Positions 52,838-64,000 of a stretch of DNA of 64,000 bases are shown one piece after another; position 1 is the stretch's first letter; each line of letters opens with the position of its first letter. The position numbers were made by a program, and so were the translations under genes. Origin of the DNA: Paraspadella gotoi (taxonomy: Eukaryota > Animalia > Chaetognatha); NCBI GenBank assembly GCA_051294375.1, contig CM119264.1, forward strand, positions 15,525,473-15,589,472. Direction: 5' to 3'. Below the pieces are notes generated by a model. The model was not told the origin of the DNA and made no database searches. It saw nothing but the letters and a program-made list of their open reading frames with translations.

Positions 52838-54165
52838 ATTCCTCCCCAAGGGATTCCTCCCAATGGAATTGCTCCCACACGGGATTCCTCCAAAAGAAAT
52901 TCCTCCCACACGGGATTCCTCCCAAAGGAATTCCTCCCATGCGGGATTCCTCCCACACGGGGTTCCTCCCCACAGAATTCCTCCCCATGGAATTCCTCCC
53001 ACGCGGGATTCCTCCCACACGTAATTCCTCCCACACGTAATTCCTCCCATGCGGGATTCCTCCCACGCAGGATTCCTGCCACGCCAGAATGCGGGTCTCT
53101 CGATCCTCCCAATGCGGATTCCTCCTACGCGGGATTCCTCCTACGCGGGATTCCTCCTACGCGGGATTCCTCCTAACGCGGGATTCCTCCCAGCGGGATT
53201 CTCCCAACAGCGGGCTTCCTCCCACGGCGGGATTCCTCCTACACGGGATTACTCTCACATGGGATTCCTCCCACGGGGGATTCTCCCACGTCCAATAAAA
53301 AAAAAGTTTGAGCAAACAATGTCGGATCTGCCTACGATAATTAAGTGGTAATAAACTAACTTGGTCAACTTGCATAATTTAATCAACTTGCATTATTTGG
53401 TCAACTGGCATAATTTGGTCAACTGACAAAATTTGGTAAACTGGCATAATTTGGTAGACAGGCATAATTTGGTCAACAGGCATAATTTGGTCAACCTGCA
53501 GAATTTGGTCAACCTGCAGAATTTGGTCAACTGGCATATTTTTGTCAAATGGCATATTTTTGTCAAATGGCATAATTTGGTCAATCAATCAATCAGAGAG
53601 AGAGAGAGAGAAACTTTAAAAAATTCAAATAAATGTGTCTTTTGGTTTTCTAATTTGAACTCTTTTCCACAACTACGATTACATCAAAAAATTTATATCC
53701 AGCTTTATCACATACTTTTATTCCCACAAACAAAATTGTATTTTAATGAATCAATTTTTTTCATTGAAACAAGAACATGCAACTAGAAAGTTAATCACAA
53801 TTTAAGGGGAGGAATCCCGTGTGGGAGGAAATCAGTGTGGGAGTTTTCCCGTGTGGGAGGAATCTTGTGTGGGAGGAATCCCGTGTGGGAGGAATCCCGT
53901 GTGAGAGGAATCCCGCGTGGGAGGAATCCCGTGTGGGAGGAATCCTGCGTGGAAGGAATTCTTTGGGGAGGAATCCCGTGTGGGAGGAATCCCGTGTGGG
54001 AGGAATTCTATGGGGAGGAATCCCATGTGGGAGGAATTCCTTGGGGAGGAATCCCGTGTGGGAGGAATCCCGCGTGGGAGGAATCCCGTGTGGGAGGAAT
54101 CCTGCGTGGGAGGAATACCGTGTGGGAAGAATCCAGTTGGGAGGAATCCCGTGTGGGAGGAATAC
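52838..54165. repeat. Two inverted arrays of a 16-bp GC-rich unit (CCCGTGTGGGAGGAAT) at 52838-53290 and 53806-54165, flanking an 18-bp array (53361-53585)
   Basis: Units read directly from the sequence; the arrays are reverse complements of each other. Confidence 0.88.
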
Positions 54166-56304
54166 CACAGCCACCACTGACATGATAACCATGACCTTTT
54201 ATATCTTGTAAAATGGGGGCAGTAGAGAAATATAAAAAATTCGATCATTAAGTCAGTCAATGAACCCTTTCCAATGGGCTATTATGAGAAATATTTTTTT
54301 CTTAATTAAAATGGATGATAAATAATAGAATTAAATTCATTGCTATATTTAAAAGAAAATTATCAATACAATTTAACACAATGATGTCTTGCTTTGTCAA
54401 ACATGTTGCCAGCTATATAATTTTTTAAAACTTTATGATAAACAAGCAGTGATTCAAGCTTTTAGTTTGCAGTTAAAGATAATGAAAAATGACGATTTTT
54501 TTTCACAGACAAGAAGGTAGATGTCCAGATTGTTTATATCAAGCTGAAAACATTTTTGTATTTATCATTTTTGATATTTAAAAAGATATTTTATCAAGCT
54601 ACAACATAAATTTTTGCTTTTTTTTTTTACTTTAACTGAAAAATATAAGCAATTTTATGGAATAAAAAAAATTTAATAATAATCAGAATGTAATTTAATT
54701 CAGTCTTTCCTTTTTCAAATTACAAAAGAAAAATAAAAAATTTCATATGCCTTCATTGAAATTTTTAAAGCAAAAAACTGTTATACTTTTAACTCTGATT
54801 TAAACAAAAGCTGTGTAAAGATTTATGGATTCAATTTAATAAAACTCTTTTAGAAAGGTGTCCCATGATTAGGGCTTTAATTTGATACCACACCCACCTT
54901 GCTACCTCTTTTCTTTCAAAAGTTATTTAAAATAATAACTTTTTTTAAACTACGCAGTACAAATCTTTAAATAAAAATTTTAGCAAAGCGGGAGTATCTC
55001 ACTTATTTCTATTAGTACAATACTTAAATTTCAAAATAAAACTTGAAGAAATTTTTTTTGTCATTTAGAGACATATCACTTTCAGATGTACCCCTCGTAT
55101 AACAATTGATTTATTTATTTCTCCAAAAAAGCCTAATTAGAAAAGTTGAAATTTTTTCAAATTGTTGGAAAAAAATTTCGTCCAACCTATGCTCATTGAG
55201 AATAATGGTTTTGCATAGAAAATCAAAATATCAAAAAAATCAAAAAATCTGCCTCTAGAAAAATCGAAAGGCTAAAGGCTGATTTTTTTAGAATTGCAAA
55301 TTTTTTTTCCTAACTCAAAATCAATTATTCTCAAGTTTCAAAATATTTTTTTTCAAAATCATTCAATCAATTTTTTTTATTAATTTAAAATGTTTTTATG
55401 ATTTTTTTTTGTTTGAAAGAATTGAAAAAAAGTAAAAAAATATAGCAATTATATAAGGTTTTTGAAAATACCTCTAAAATATTAAATAATTAGACACAAG
55501 GAGAGTAAGAAGAGAAAACTTCCCATTCATAAAAAAAAAATTTTGGGGGAAATTAAGTAATTCTTTTTTTTCTGTTACACAAATTATTTCTTTTATTTTT
55601 AAAATATTTTTAAAATAAAATTCTGAATGTAGTAAGTCATATCTTTTCAAATACAAAGCAAGCTTCAAGCAAATATACGATTGGGAAGAATTCTTTAGAA
55701 AAAAGAGTTCATCTAAGTTACAGGGGTGGGACCCTATATCGAGACAAAACTTAACATCCTGCCCTGTCTGAACGATTTGAGATACAATAATAAAATTAGT
55801 GGCAAACGTTTTTTCTGGATTTTTACTTTCACATACAATTAAACAAATTAAATTTTTAAGCAACTAAAAGGTATTGTGGATGTTTTCAAAACATTTAGTC
55901 GTTTTTATGCGCGCGCATTGTATTGCATAGTGCATACGATAAAAGCCATACTTGTTAATATTTTTAAGTGGTCGTTTCTGAACATGACTGGGTTATGTCT
56001 TATCGTCAATTCACCTGATTTTAAGCTTTTCATCACTATTCAAATTCAACCTATTTAATTTTTTGAGAGAAAGAAGAGAGAGACACATGTAGAGTAAAAG
56101 AGAAAGAGAAAAGAGCAAAAGATTAAGAGAGAATATTTAAGTATTATTTGCCTGCTTGACCACTTTGGCTATCAGCGGGCTTTCTTTTACTTTGTTTCTG
56201 ACACACTTTCTGTTTTACTCTTTAATATTGTTAAAAAATCTTTTTCAATTGTTTTAAGCATCCATGGTATATCCTTTCTTTTCGTTGTTGTATAGAGATT
56301 TACA

Positions 56305-56414
56305 AGGAATTTTGAATTGTTACAACGATTTTATTATTAATAAGTTGCAGACTTGTTTCGACTCATGTCTGCAACTTATTAATAATAAAATCGTTGTAAC
56401 AATTCAAAATTCCT
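56305..56414. repeat. 48-bp-arm palindrome, likely a truncated inverted Penelope-type end
   Basis: Arms 56305-56352 and 56367-56414; the centre retains CGAAACAAGTC (minus) and CATGTC hammerhead 3' remnants. Confidence 0.7.
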
Positions 56415-57051
56415 GTTTTAAGCAAAATATTCATTATACACTACTAACTAACTTTTTACCCTAAAAAAAATCTTAAAAATACGAAGATTTTTAAGGTCAC
56501 GTGACCGATATTGACCAATCACAGATATCGATTGGCTATTTTTTTAGAAATTGAAAAAAAGGGGTGTGATCCCGAATATAGATCCTCTTGATAAATAAGA
56601 GGTGAAAACAGTTGGAGACAACCTCTTTTGGAAGTATTTGTATGCATTAAATAATTTTATGCTGTTGAGAAATAATCTTTTTATTCAGTTTTAGGGAGGT
56701 CATATTACATATTAAAACTTATTTACTGGCCAATAAATATATTTGACAATGAAATTAATCGACTTTTCCAAACCGTGACAATTTTTTTTTCCATCATGGT
56801 AGAACCATATTTATGACTGAGAGATGGATACATTTATATTCATCCATTTCTCAGTCACTTAAGTGGGGTGTACTAAGTAATAACTTTTCTTGACAATTTC
56901 TTCGTAACTTCTTTCGAAATTATTTATTTTACTTTTCCTAAATAAAAGTAATGTTGATTGGCTCAGTGGTCGTCAGGAGCAAAAAGGTAAAGAGAGAAAG
57001 GAGAGCTGGTTTTAGAGAATGCATTGTACAATTGGGCCCTCTTTCCACCAG

Positions 57052-57312
57052 GTCTCAACCTTACGCGAGGATTTCGCCCAGAAGGAGGTAGTGAGTGTCG
57101 AACAGACAGTGGCTAACGCTTTTAATCTCCGTAACTACAAAGATGTCTTCATCAACCGCGTCGACGCTCGTGAAGTCGTCCTCGATCTTGTCGAAATTAG
57201 CTTCAAGGAACAGTACATTAGTCGTGCAGACATGTGGAATCTCAAAAAAATTCTTGTTGGAGGCTGTGTTTATCTACAGAAGAAGATAGATTTTTTCAAC
57301 GCCCGGATGCAG
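57052..57312 (+). CDS. DEPDC5: DEPDC5 exon
   Basis: VSVEQTVANAFNLRNYKDV...LDLVEISFKEQYISRADMW...CVY; cag/gtatt boundaries, phase 0. Confidence 0.92.
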
Positions 57313-57970
57313 GTATTTTTCCTAGTTTTGGCATATTAAAAAGTTCAGATTTTAATTAATAAATTATTGCCCGAGGCATATAAAGAATATGAATATAAAG
57401 AGCATGAAGAAACGATGGTCGGTGCTTTACCGAAAAGAAAAGCAACGTTACAATGTTCAATGATCCTGAAAACGCTGAAAAGATTGTTTATGAGTTAGTG
57501 ATAGGGTGTGCCAAATTTCTAAAGTTTTGAGCTCTTTTCCCGCTCTTTGAGCCGTAGGCCTCTCGAACTAATTGATCTCCATTCTCCAGGAATGCTGACT
57601 ATTGACTAATTTATTGACGGGAGAGGACAAGTTGAAACTTTTCCTCCAGTTTCGACTTCTGAAATGTATCATGCTCGACATTTGGGTGAATCTGCGATCT
57701 TATAAGTTGACCTCGGTCTAGAAAATAATTAAACCTTTTAATCTCTCTATATTGATATCTTCTCTCAAAGTTGAAGCTTTAGTAGGGATTAGTAGGAAGT
57801 CGCTATATCGAAAGAAGCCAGCGGTTTTTATTTCGCCAGACGGGCTTAAGCCCATCTTGGCGTGATTTTGGTTCGCCTCTGCTTTTTTGTGACCGTTGTC
57901 GTCATCGTGCTTCTTTACAATCGAAAATTGTAAAGTGTGTAACCATAGGAAGCTAAAAATTTAGTTATAG

Positions 57971-58248
57971 TATGGCAACAGCCGGGTTGCCTGTGATGCC
58001 CTTTGGGTTGGGGCATCTCGCTGTTAGCTTTGGGGGGCTTCCGACCCTCAGTGACGCATCCAGTCACTGGCGCGGTTTCCCTAGGACGGTCTCGCTTTGC
58101 CAACACAGAGGGAAGTTGTTAGGACTGGATGGAACACAATGCCTGGGATGGTGTGTTCCCCCTCTGAGCCAATTGTATTGGCTGAACGATCGTGGATCCC
58201 CGGGCCAAGACATCACTCAGGTTCCTCAAGCCTGAGAGGTGTCTGACA
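57971..58248 (-). mobile_element. Deleted family B TRIM (LTR plus part of internal domain)
   Basis: Matches the LTR, then jumps to the internal GGATCCCCGGGCC...GGTGTCTGAC segment; twister TAA mutated to AAA. Confidence 0.8.
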
Positions 58249-59419
58249 GGACAGGTTAAGATTGGGAATAATTTTAGGGGACGAAATAGAATAGACATGT
58301 AGTGAAATGTTTTATTTGTCAATGAATAAATATTCAAATGTATGAAAGTTCGATGATGAATCTTCAAGAAAGTTTTTTCCCGACAATAGGCTAGGCTGAG
58401 AGAAAGAGAGAGAGTGTGAAAGATAAATGAAATACTTCTTTTTCTTATCTTTCACTCTTTTTTTTACTTTTATTAAACCTCAAATCTTTATTTTTAATTT
58501 TTTTAATTTTACTAAATTATTTTTCAGTTCCGGAAACCTGAAATCTGAACATGGAAGACGACTTTAGGATTTTATAAAAATTTGTCTGGATGTCTGGCTA
58601 TTGCCCATTGAAGCAATTTTTCAATGTCTCCTTCTCTCTCTCTTTTCTCTTTTAATTATATGTAGCTCTCTCTCTCTTTTCCCCAGCCTCAGGCTCGGAA
58701 AAAAAAAACGAGTGCAGCTGGCTCTGCAGGGGCTTTTTCTCTCTTTTCTCCTGCTGCTTCTGCTGCTGCCTTTTGATTTCTTTTCTTTTTTTCTGGCTAC
58801 CTCTGTTGCTGCCGCTGCTGATTCGTCTCTCTCTCTCTGCGTTTTTATTTAAAAAAAAATGAATTAGGATATAACTCGTAAAATTAGGCATCGAATTTGT
58901 GCATTTTGCTATCGCAACATCGTGTTTTTATTTTGTTCTTTCTTTTCATCACTCTCTCTTTATTTTTATTTTTCTATCCTTTCTTTCCTATCTTATCCTT
59001 TCTTTCCTATCCTTTCCTTCTATCCTTTTCTTTCTATTCTTTCCTTTCTTTCTATTCTTTCCTTTCTTTCTATTCTTTCCTTTCTTTCCTATCCTTTATT
59101 TCCTATCCTTTCTTTCTATTCTTTCTTTTTATTTATTCTTTTCTTCTTTTTCATTGTGTTTATGAATTAATTTTCTTTTCTCAAATTTGATTTTAGTATC
59201 AAAATTTGTCATCAATCCAGATTTTTCTTATGGCAGTGATTTCTATACGGGTATTTTCAACAATGAAATTGAAACTTATATAAATATTATTTCTTTTTTC
59301 CCACTTTATTTAAAAAAACGGTTGGCTATAGTTATCTTCTTCTTAAAACATAGAACTCACTGGCAGAATTTCTATGCTTTCAAAATACGGTAAGACATAA
59401 TTTCTTTTACGTTAATCAT

Positions 59420-60770
59420 TCTACGCATTCGACGCCCTTGCCAATCACGAGCGCGCCGGCTCGATGCAGAGAAGCTGGCCGTGGCGAAAAGGGAATTAGA
59501 GAAGATGGTATCTCTAGGAATTGCAAAGCGAGGAAAGTCGGAGTGGTCTTCGCTGCTGCACGTCGTCTCAAAGCCCGATGGAGGCTGGAGATGCTGTGAC
59601 GACTACAGGCGCCTCAACGCCCAGACCATCGACGACCGATATCCGGTCAAACTCCTCACGGACTTCAATTCGCAATTGGAGGGCAAGACAATTTTTTCGA
59701 AAATTGACTTGCTCAAGGGCTACCATCAAATCCCAGTCAATCCCGATGACATAAAAAAAAACGGCAGTGATCACTAGAGTGGAGCACTGGGGAACATAAA
59801 TTTTATTTGAGTGATCAAACAAGGATATTTAGACGTGAGATAGTATGATTAAGGAGTACAAAAAATATTTTTCTTATATTGTTTGGGGAACAGTATCATT
59901 AATTACAATATATTTATAGTAATATTCTTATAAAATCATAAATTTTCAAAATAGTTTTTTTTAAATTTTTTTATTAAAGATTCTAATTCTTCATAAAAAG
60001 TTAGATCAAAAATATAAAATATGTTATTAAAAATTTCAATGTCTTCAGCGTCAAAAATGGAAAAAAAAGGTCAAATTCTTTACTTTTTTACACTTTGTAG
60101 TAGAAACTATTATATGATGATACGTTTTGGTCATTTTTCGCAGCTTTAAGTTTAACCTAAAAATATCATAAAACATATTTTACAAAAGTTTTTCAGTTTT
60201 TTCCGGCGAATCCAAAACAGTTCTTAAAATTAAAAAAATATGATTTTAAAATTTTATGATTTTATAAGGATATTAATATAAAAAAAATTTAATTAATGAT
60301 ACTGTTATGTAATTTTTTTTAAAAAAAGGGCTTAATTATTTTATATTACATATACAAAGGCAGCAAAAAAACATTGTTCCATCGCTCAATCTTTTCATCA
60401 CTCCACCCTAGTGATCACGCCTTTCGGATTGTACGTCTTCCCGCGTTGCCCATTCGGTCTGAAGAACGCCGGGCAAGATTTCCAAAGGTTGATGGATGAA
60501 ATTCTAGGTGATATTCCTCACATCTTTGCTTACTTGGATGACATCCTCGTAGCGTCGTCATCGCTGGAGGAACACTTGGCAGACCTCGAGCGAGTCTTCA
60601 AGGCACTCGACGACAATGGATTGGTGGTCAACATCAAGAAGTGTCTGTTGGGCCAAGAGTCGCTCGAGTTTCTAGGGTTCCTTGTCGATAAGAATGGCGT
60701 ACGACCTTTGCCAGAGAGAGTCCAAACACTTCAAGAGAAGACGCGACCAACGTCAATCAAGGAGCCGCGC
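59420..60770 (+). pseudogene. Ty3/Gypsy reverse transcriptase fragment (CsRN1-like), interrupted by a hAT MITE
   Basis: ARRLDAEKLAVAKRE..DYRRLNAQTIDDRYP..FSKIDLLKGYHQIP..KTAV|ITPFGL..PFGLKNAGQDFQR..YLDD. Confidence 0.9.
59775..60410. mobile_element. hAT-type MITE
   Basis: TIRs TAGAGTGGAG / CTCCACCCTA; perfect 8-bp TSD GTGATCAC (59767-59774 and 60411-60418); removing it restores KTAVITPFG. Confidence 0.9.
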
Positions 60771-63097
60771 CACTCCGCTTTCTCTTCCTCCTCCTCCTCC
60801 TCCTTCTCCCCCCCCATCTCGATTTCCCCAAATCGACCCCACCTTCCCCCCGACCCACCCTTACCCGCTTCCCCCTTTTTGCTTCCATCTTCACCTTCCT
60901 TTCAGTCTCCACGCGAAGCTACTCCACCGTCAAAAGGAAAAGGAAGCATAACAACAACAACAATCTCGAAGTCAAAGAAGATGAGCCAACGTGTAGTCTA
61001 AGGCGTAGTGCAAGACTTGCGAGATCATACAACAGCGGAAAATCGTCCACATATGCAGTAGTATTAAAAGAAACTACTAAAACGTCAACAAAACAACAAC
61101 TGAAACTTTATTACCTTTTGTACAAAATTTTATATTGTAGAATATTATCAACATTTTTCCACACTTAAAACGAATTTATATTTTTTGATGGAAATATTAA
61201 TACCATTATATTCCAACAGCGGGGATGTGGACAATTAAGATTAGCCAGAATCTAAATCTTTTTGTTTTTATATGATTATATTTTCTCCACTATTTTTAGC
61301 ATTTTGTTTATTAAACGTTACCTGTACTTGTTAACTGAATGATTTCAGTCTCATGTTAATAACATTAAAACAATGTTTCTCTCTCATCATGCTTTTATTT
61401 AAATTCTCCAAATGTAATGAGTACATTATAACTACAATTAAATAATCAAATCAAAACGAATAATGTTTCTAGCCACATATCTGCCCTTATTAAGATGAAA
61501 CTAAAACGAATTTTTATGGTAAGGGCAACTTTTAAAGATTAAATTGCTCGTCAGATCTATCGTGTTTTTTAGATATTAGGCAAAAAAAGGGCACACTATA
61601 TTTTAAAACTTTTTTCCATTTTTTCTACTATTTTTTTTCTCTCTTTAACCTTCTCTCTGTGCCTCTCTCTTTCTCTCTATCTTTCTCTCCCTTTCTCTGT
61701 GTCTTTTCTTCTTTTACCTTTATTTTCCTTCCTCTATATCTCTGCTTTTCTCTCCCTCTCTGATTCTCTTATCTTTTCTTTTCTCTTAATTGTTCTCGTT
61801 CTCCCCATATATTAATTTCTTTTCACTATTTCTCTCTCTCCCTGAAACTTTTTTTTCACCCATGCTCTCTCTTCTCTTATCTTTTTCTCATTCTCATTCA
61901 TTTTTTGCATTTATATCATACTAGATGTATAAAAATCTTTAAAATGTATTGTAATAAAAAAAACATTGGGTAGCGTATAATTTTATTTAAAGTTTGGTTG
62001 CCTAGCAGATTTAAAAAATCGACAGAATTTTGCGGAAATTTTTTCCGCAAAAACCTGTCGATTGAGAGAAATTAATTTACTGACGCTTCCCCTTTCAATA
62101 AAAGAAGGCGGTTTTTTTTAATTTTTCAACTTTAGTATATTTCTCATCTATTAAAACTATAAAATAAGTCAAAAACCGAGTTTTAGTTTAAATAAAACGC
62201 ACCTCACAAATCCTCTCAAATTATAAATTAAAAATTAAAAATTTTTTGGCAGCAAAACTATTAAATTTTTTACCCTAATTTTTTAGGTACCAGAAGCACC
62301 AACAATTGGGAATATTTGATAAGAATTATGGACATTTTGAAGTATTTTCGTTTAACAAATTGTAATAAAATGTAAAAATGTAAGTTTTTGACTAGTCAAT
62401 TTAAAAATTAATTCATAGGCAAACAATAGATGACTAACGGCAAATGAACCAACTCGGAGGTAAAGAAGATAAGGACCCGAAAGCCGGAGTAAAAAATCTT
62501 TTTTCAATGATCTTGGCGTTCAAATCTCAAGACAAAAGTCAAAATGGACAAAAATGGACATAATTTTTTTATTAAAAGTGGCAAAAATGATATTGATTCT
62601 TGATTAGAAAATGCAGCAGATGATTTCATTTAATCCGTAGTCTAGCCAACTTTGTCTTAGAGTTAAAATTTAATCATTTTTGTTGGTAACATTCTAATAA
62701 TATTGAAAAAAGTTTTTTTTTACTAAATTCTTCGTAGAAATCACTGCCCTGAAAATAACAGATAATCTGGATATAGTGACTTGATAATCATGACCTTTTA
62801 TGTCTTGCGTAATGGGGGTAGTAAATAAACCCAAAAGATTTAATCATTAAGTCAGTCAATAAAACCATTTCAAATAGGCTGTTCTGCGAAATTTTTTAAT
62901 GAAGAAAAAAAATTAGAAAAATGGTTAAGTTTTTTTTAAGCGAGATTTTTGCCTAGGATAGCAATATATAGTATTTTCTGATGTGAGGCACTCTGTTTAA
63001 AATGATTTCTATCCATTTTATTCATATCATATATTCATTATTCATATATTATTAAGTGAGAATAATATTCACAGAAATGGTACAATTTGTTTGACAG

Positions 63098-63205
63098 GTT
63101 CGTGAGATGTGGAGTCGGGGCGAACGCGTCGCCTGCGGTGCGATATCAGAAAACACCCGCATCGTTTTTCGCTCCTCTACTGCCAGCATCTCCATCTTTA
63201 TTCAG
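63098..63205 (+). CDS. DEPDC5: DEPDC5 exon
   Basis: VREMWSRGERVACGAISENTRIVFRSSTASISIFIQ; cag/gtacag boundaries. Confidence 0.92.
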
Positions 63206-63276
63206 GTACAGGGCTTGAGGAATGAGCTCGTTTTCATCTTCCCTCTGGTTTTTTTCACAAAATTTTGTAATCCCAG

Positions 63277-63416
63277 ATGAGTGTTGAAATGTGGGAGTTC
63301 GATTCCAATGGGGATCTTTATTTCGAAAAGAGCGTTACCGGATTTTTAACGGAACTATTTTCGCGATGGAAAGACGACCACTGCAATCATGACGTCACGA
63401 TCGTATTGTTTTCAAG
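63277..63416 (+). CDS. DEPDC5: DEPDC5 exon
   Basis: [32 protein letters not shown]...[10 protein letters not shown]; the donor reads GA rather than GT (see findings). Confidence 0.88.
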
Positions 63417-63483
63417 GAATTTCATTATTGCTACTATTTTTTTAAAAACAAATCTTTGGCAATAATGATAATATTAATAACAG

Positions 63484-63610
63484 GGTTTTCTATGAAGCCG
63501 AATCTTTGAACGATTTTCCTGCCGATATGCGACACTGTATTTTGCAAAATACAAGCGGAATATTTTATGAAGATTATTATTTAGTACCTGTTCAGAATGA
63601 GAGATACGAG
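63484..63610 (+). CDS. DEPDC5: DEPDC5 exon (gene continues beyond window)
   Basis: VFYEAESLNDFP...FYEDYYLVPVQNERYE resembles DEPDC5 TFYDAKSVDEFP...FYEDFYKVVVQNER; cag/gtaagt boundaries. Confidence 0.9.
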
Positions 63611-64000
63611 GTAAGTACTTCAATTCATGTGTCTAAATCAGCGGATTTCTAATTTTTTTGCTATTTATCTTTGATTTTAATGAACTTCTGAAAAATTAAA
63701 CAAGTTTGAGCAAACAATGGTCGGATACTGCCTACGATTTAAATTAATTAGATTAATCGATTAATTAATTAATATGACTTAATATGTAATAATTAATTAT
63801 TAATTATATATTCAAACTATATTCATCATCGATTCCTTTAAATGGTTTAGGACAGTTATTAAAATGTTTGTTTACTTTTATCAAAACAAACAAATATCCT
63901 CTATTTTATTTTTTCTCCTCTTCTCTCTCTCTCTTCTCTCTCTCCTCTCTCTCTTTTATTTTATGCAATTGCGACGATCTTTTAATGCTTTTAAGTTTTT

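Larger units (their letters stand above)
59232..62748. mobile_element. Second copy of the GGCAGTGATTTCTA-TIR element carrying a ~2.1-kb nested insertion
   Basis: 59232-59410 and 61490-62748 are colinear with 34961-36480. Confidence 0.78.

Noticed and set aside
52814-54260. Many overlapping ORFs (GGIPCGRNP..., also the F/L/S-rich and MQVKKK ORFs elsewhere)
   Set aside because: Translations of tandem or low-complexity repeats, open in several frames.

Overview
AT-rich, repeat-dense animal (invertebrate-like) genomic DNA with indel errors of the long-read type and one 25-N gap. Host genes, all on +: the 3' end of a C2H2 zinc-finger gene (1-791), a multi-exon AAAS/Aladin gene (about 1918?-48081) and the 5' part of DEPDC5/Iml1 (50711 to beyond the window). 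Main finding: three sequence-unrelated families of miniature non-coding LTR elements (TRIM-like). Each LTR carries a tRNA-like Pol III A/B-box head followed by a type-P5 twister-ribozyme fold whose P1 is reduced to a palindrome. All three families show 4-bp TSDs, and the two families seen full-length have an extended tRNA-Trp primer-binding site. They are candidate animal 'twister LTR-retrozymes', possibly mobilised by the CsRN1-like Gypsy elements whose fragments lie in the window. Also present are Penelope-type minimal hammerheads in inverted repeats, HINE/DINE-1-like repeats, hAT elements and minisatellites. The region 4067-23866 appears to be an assembly fold-back, largely the reverse complement of a second haplotype. 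Both fold-backs occur in the same TRIM insertion, and they expose a polymorphic ~9.6-kb hAT insertion. All calls are by eye and no searches were run.
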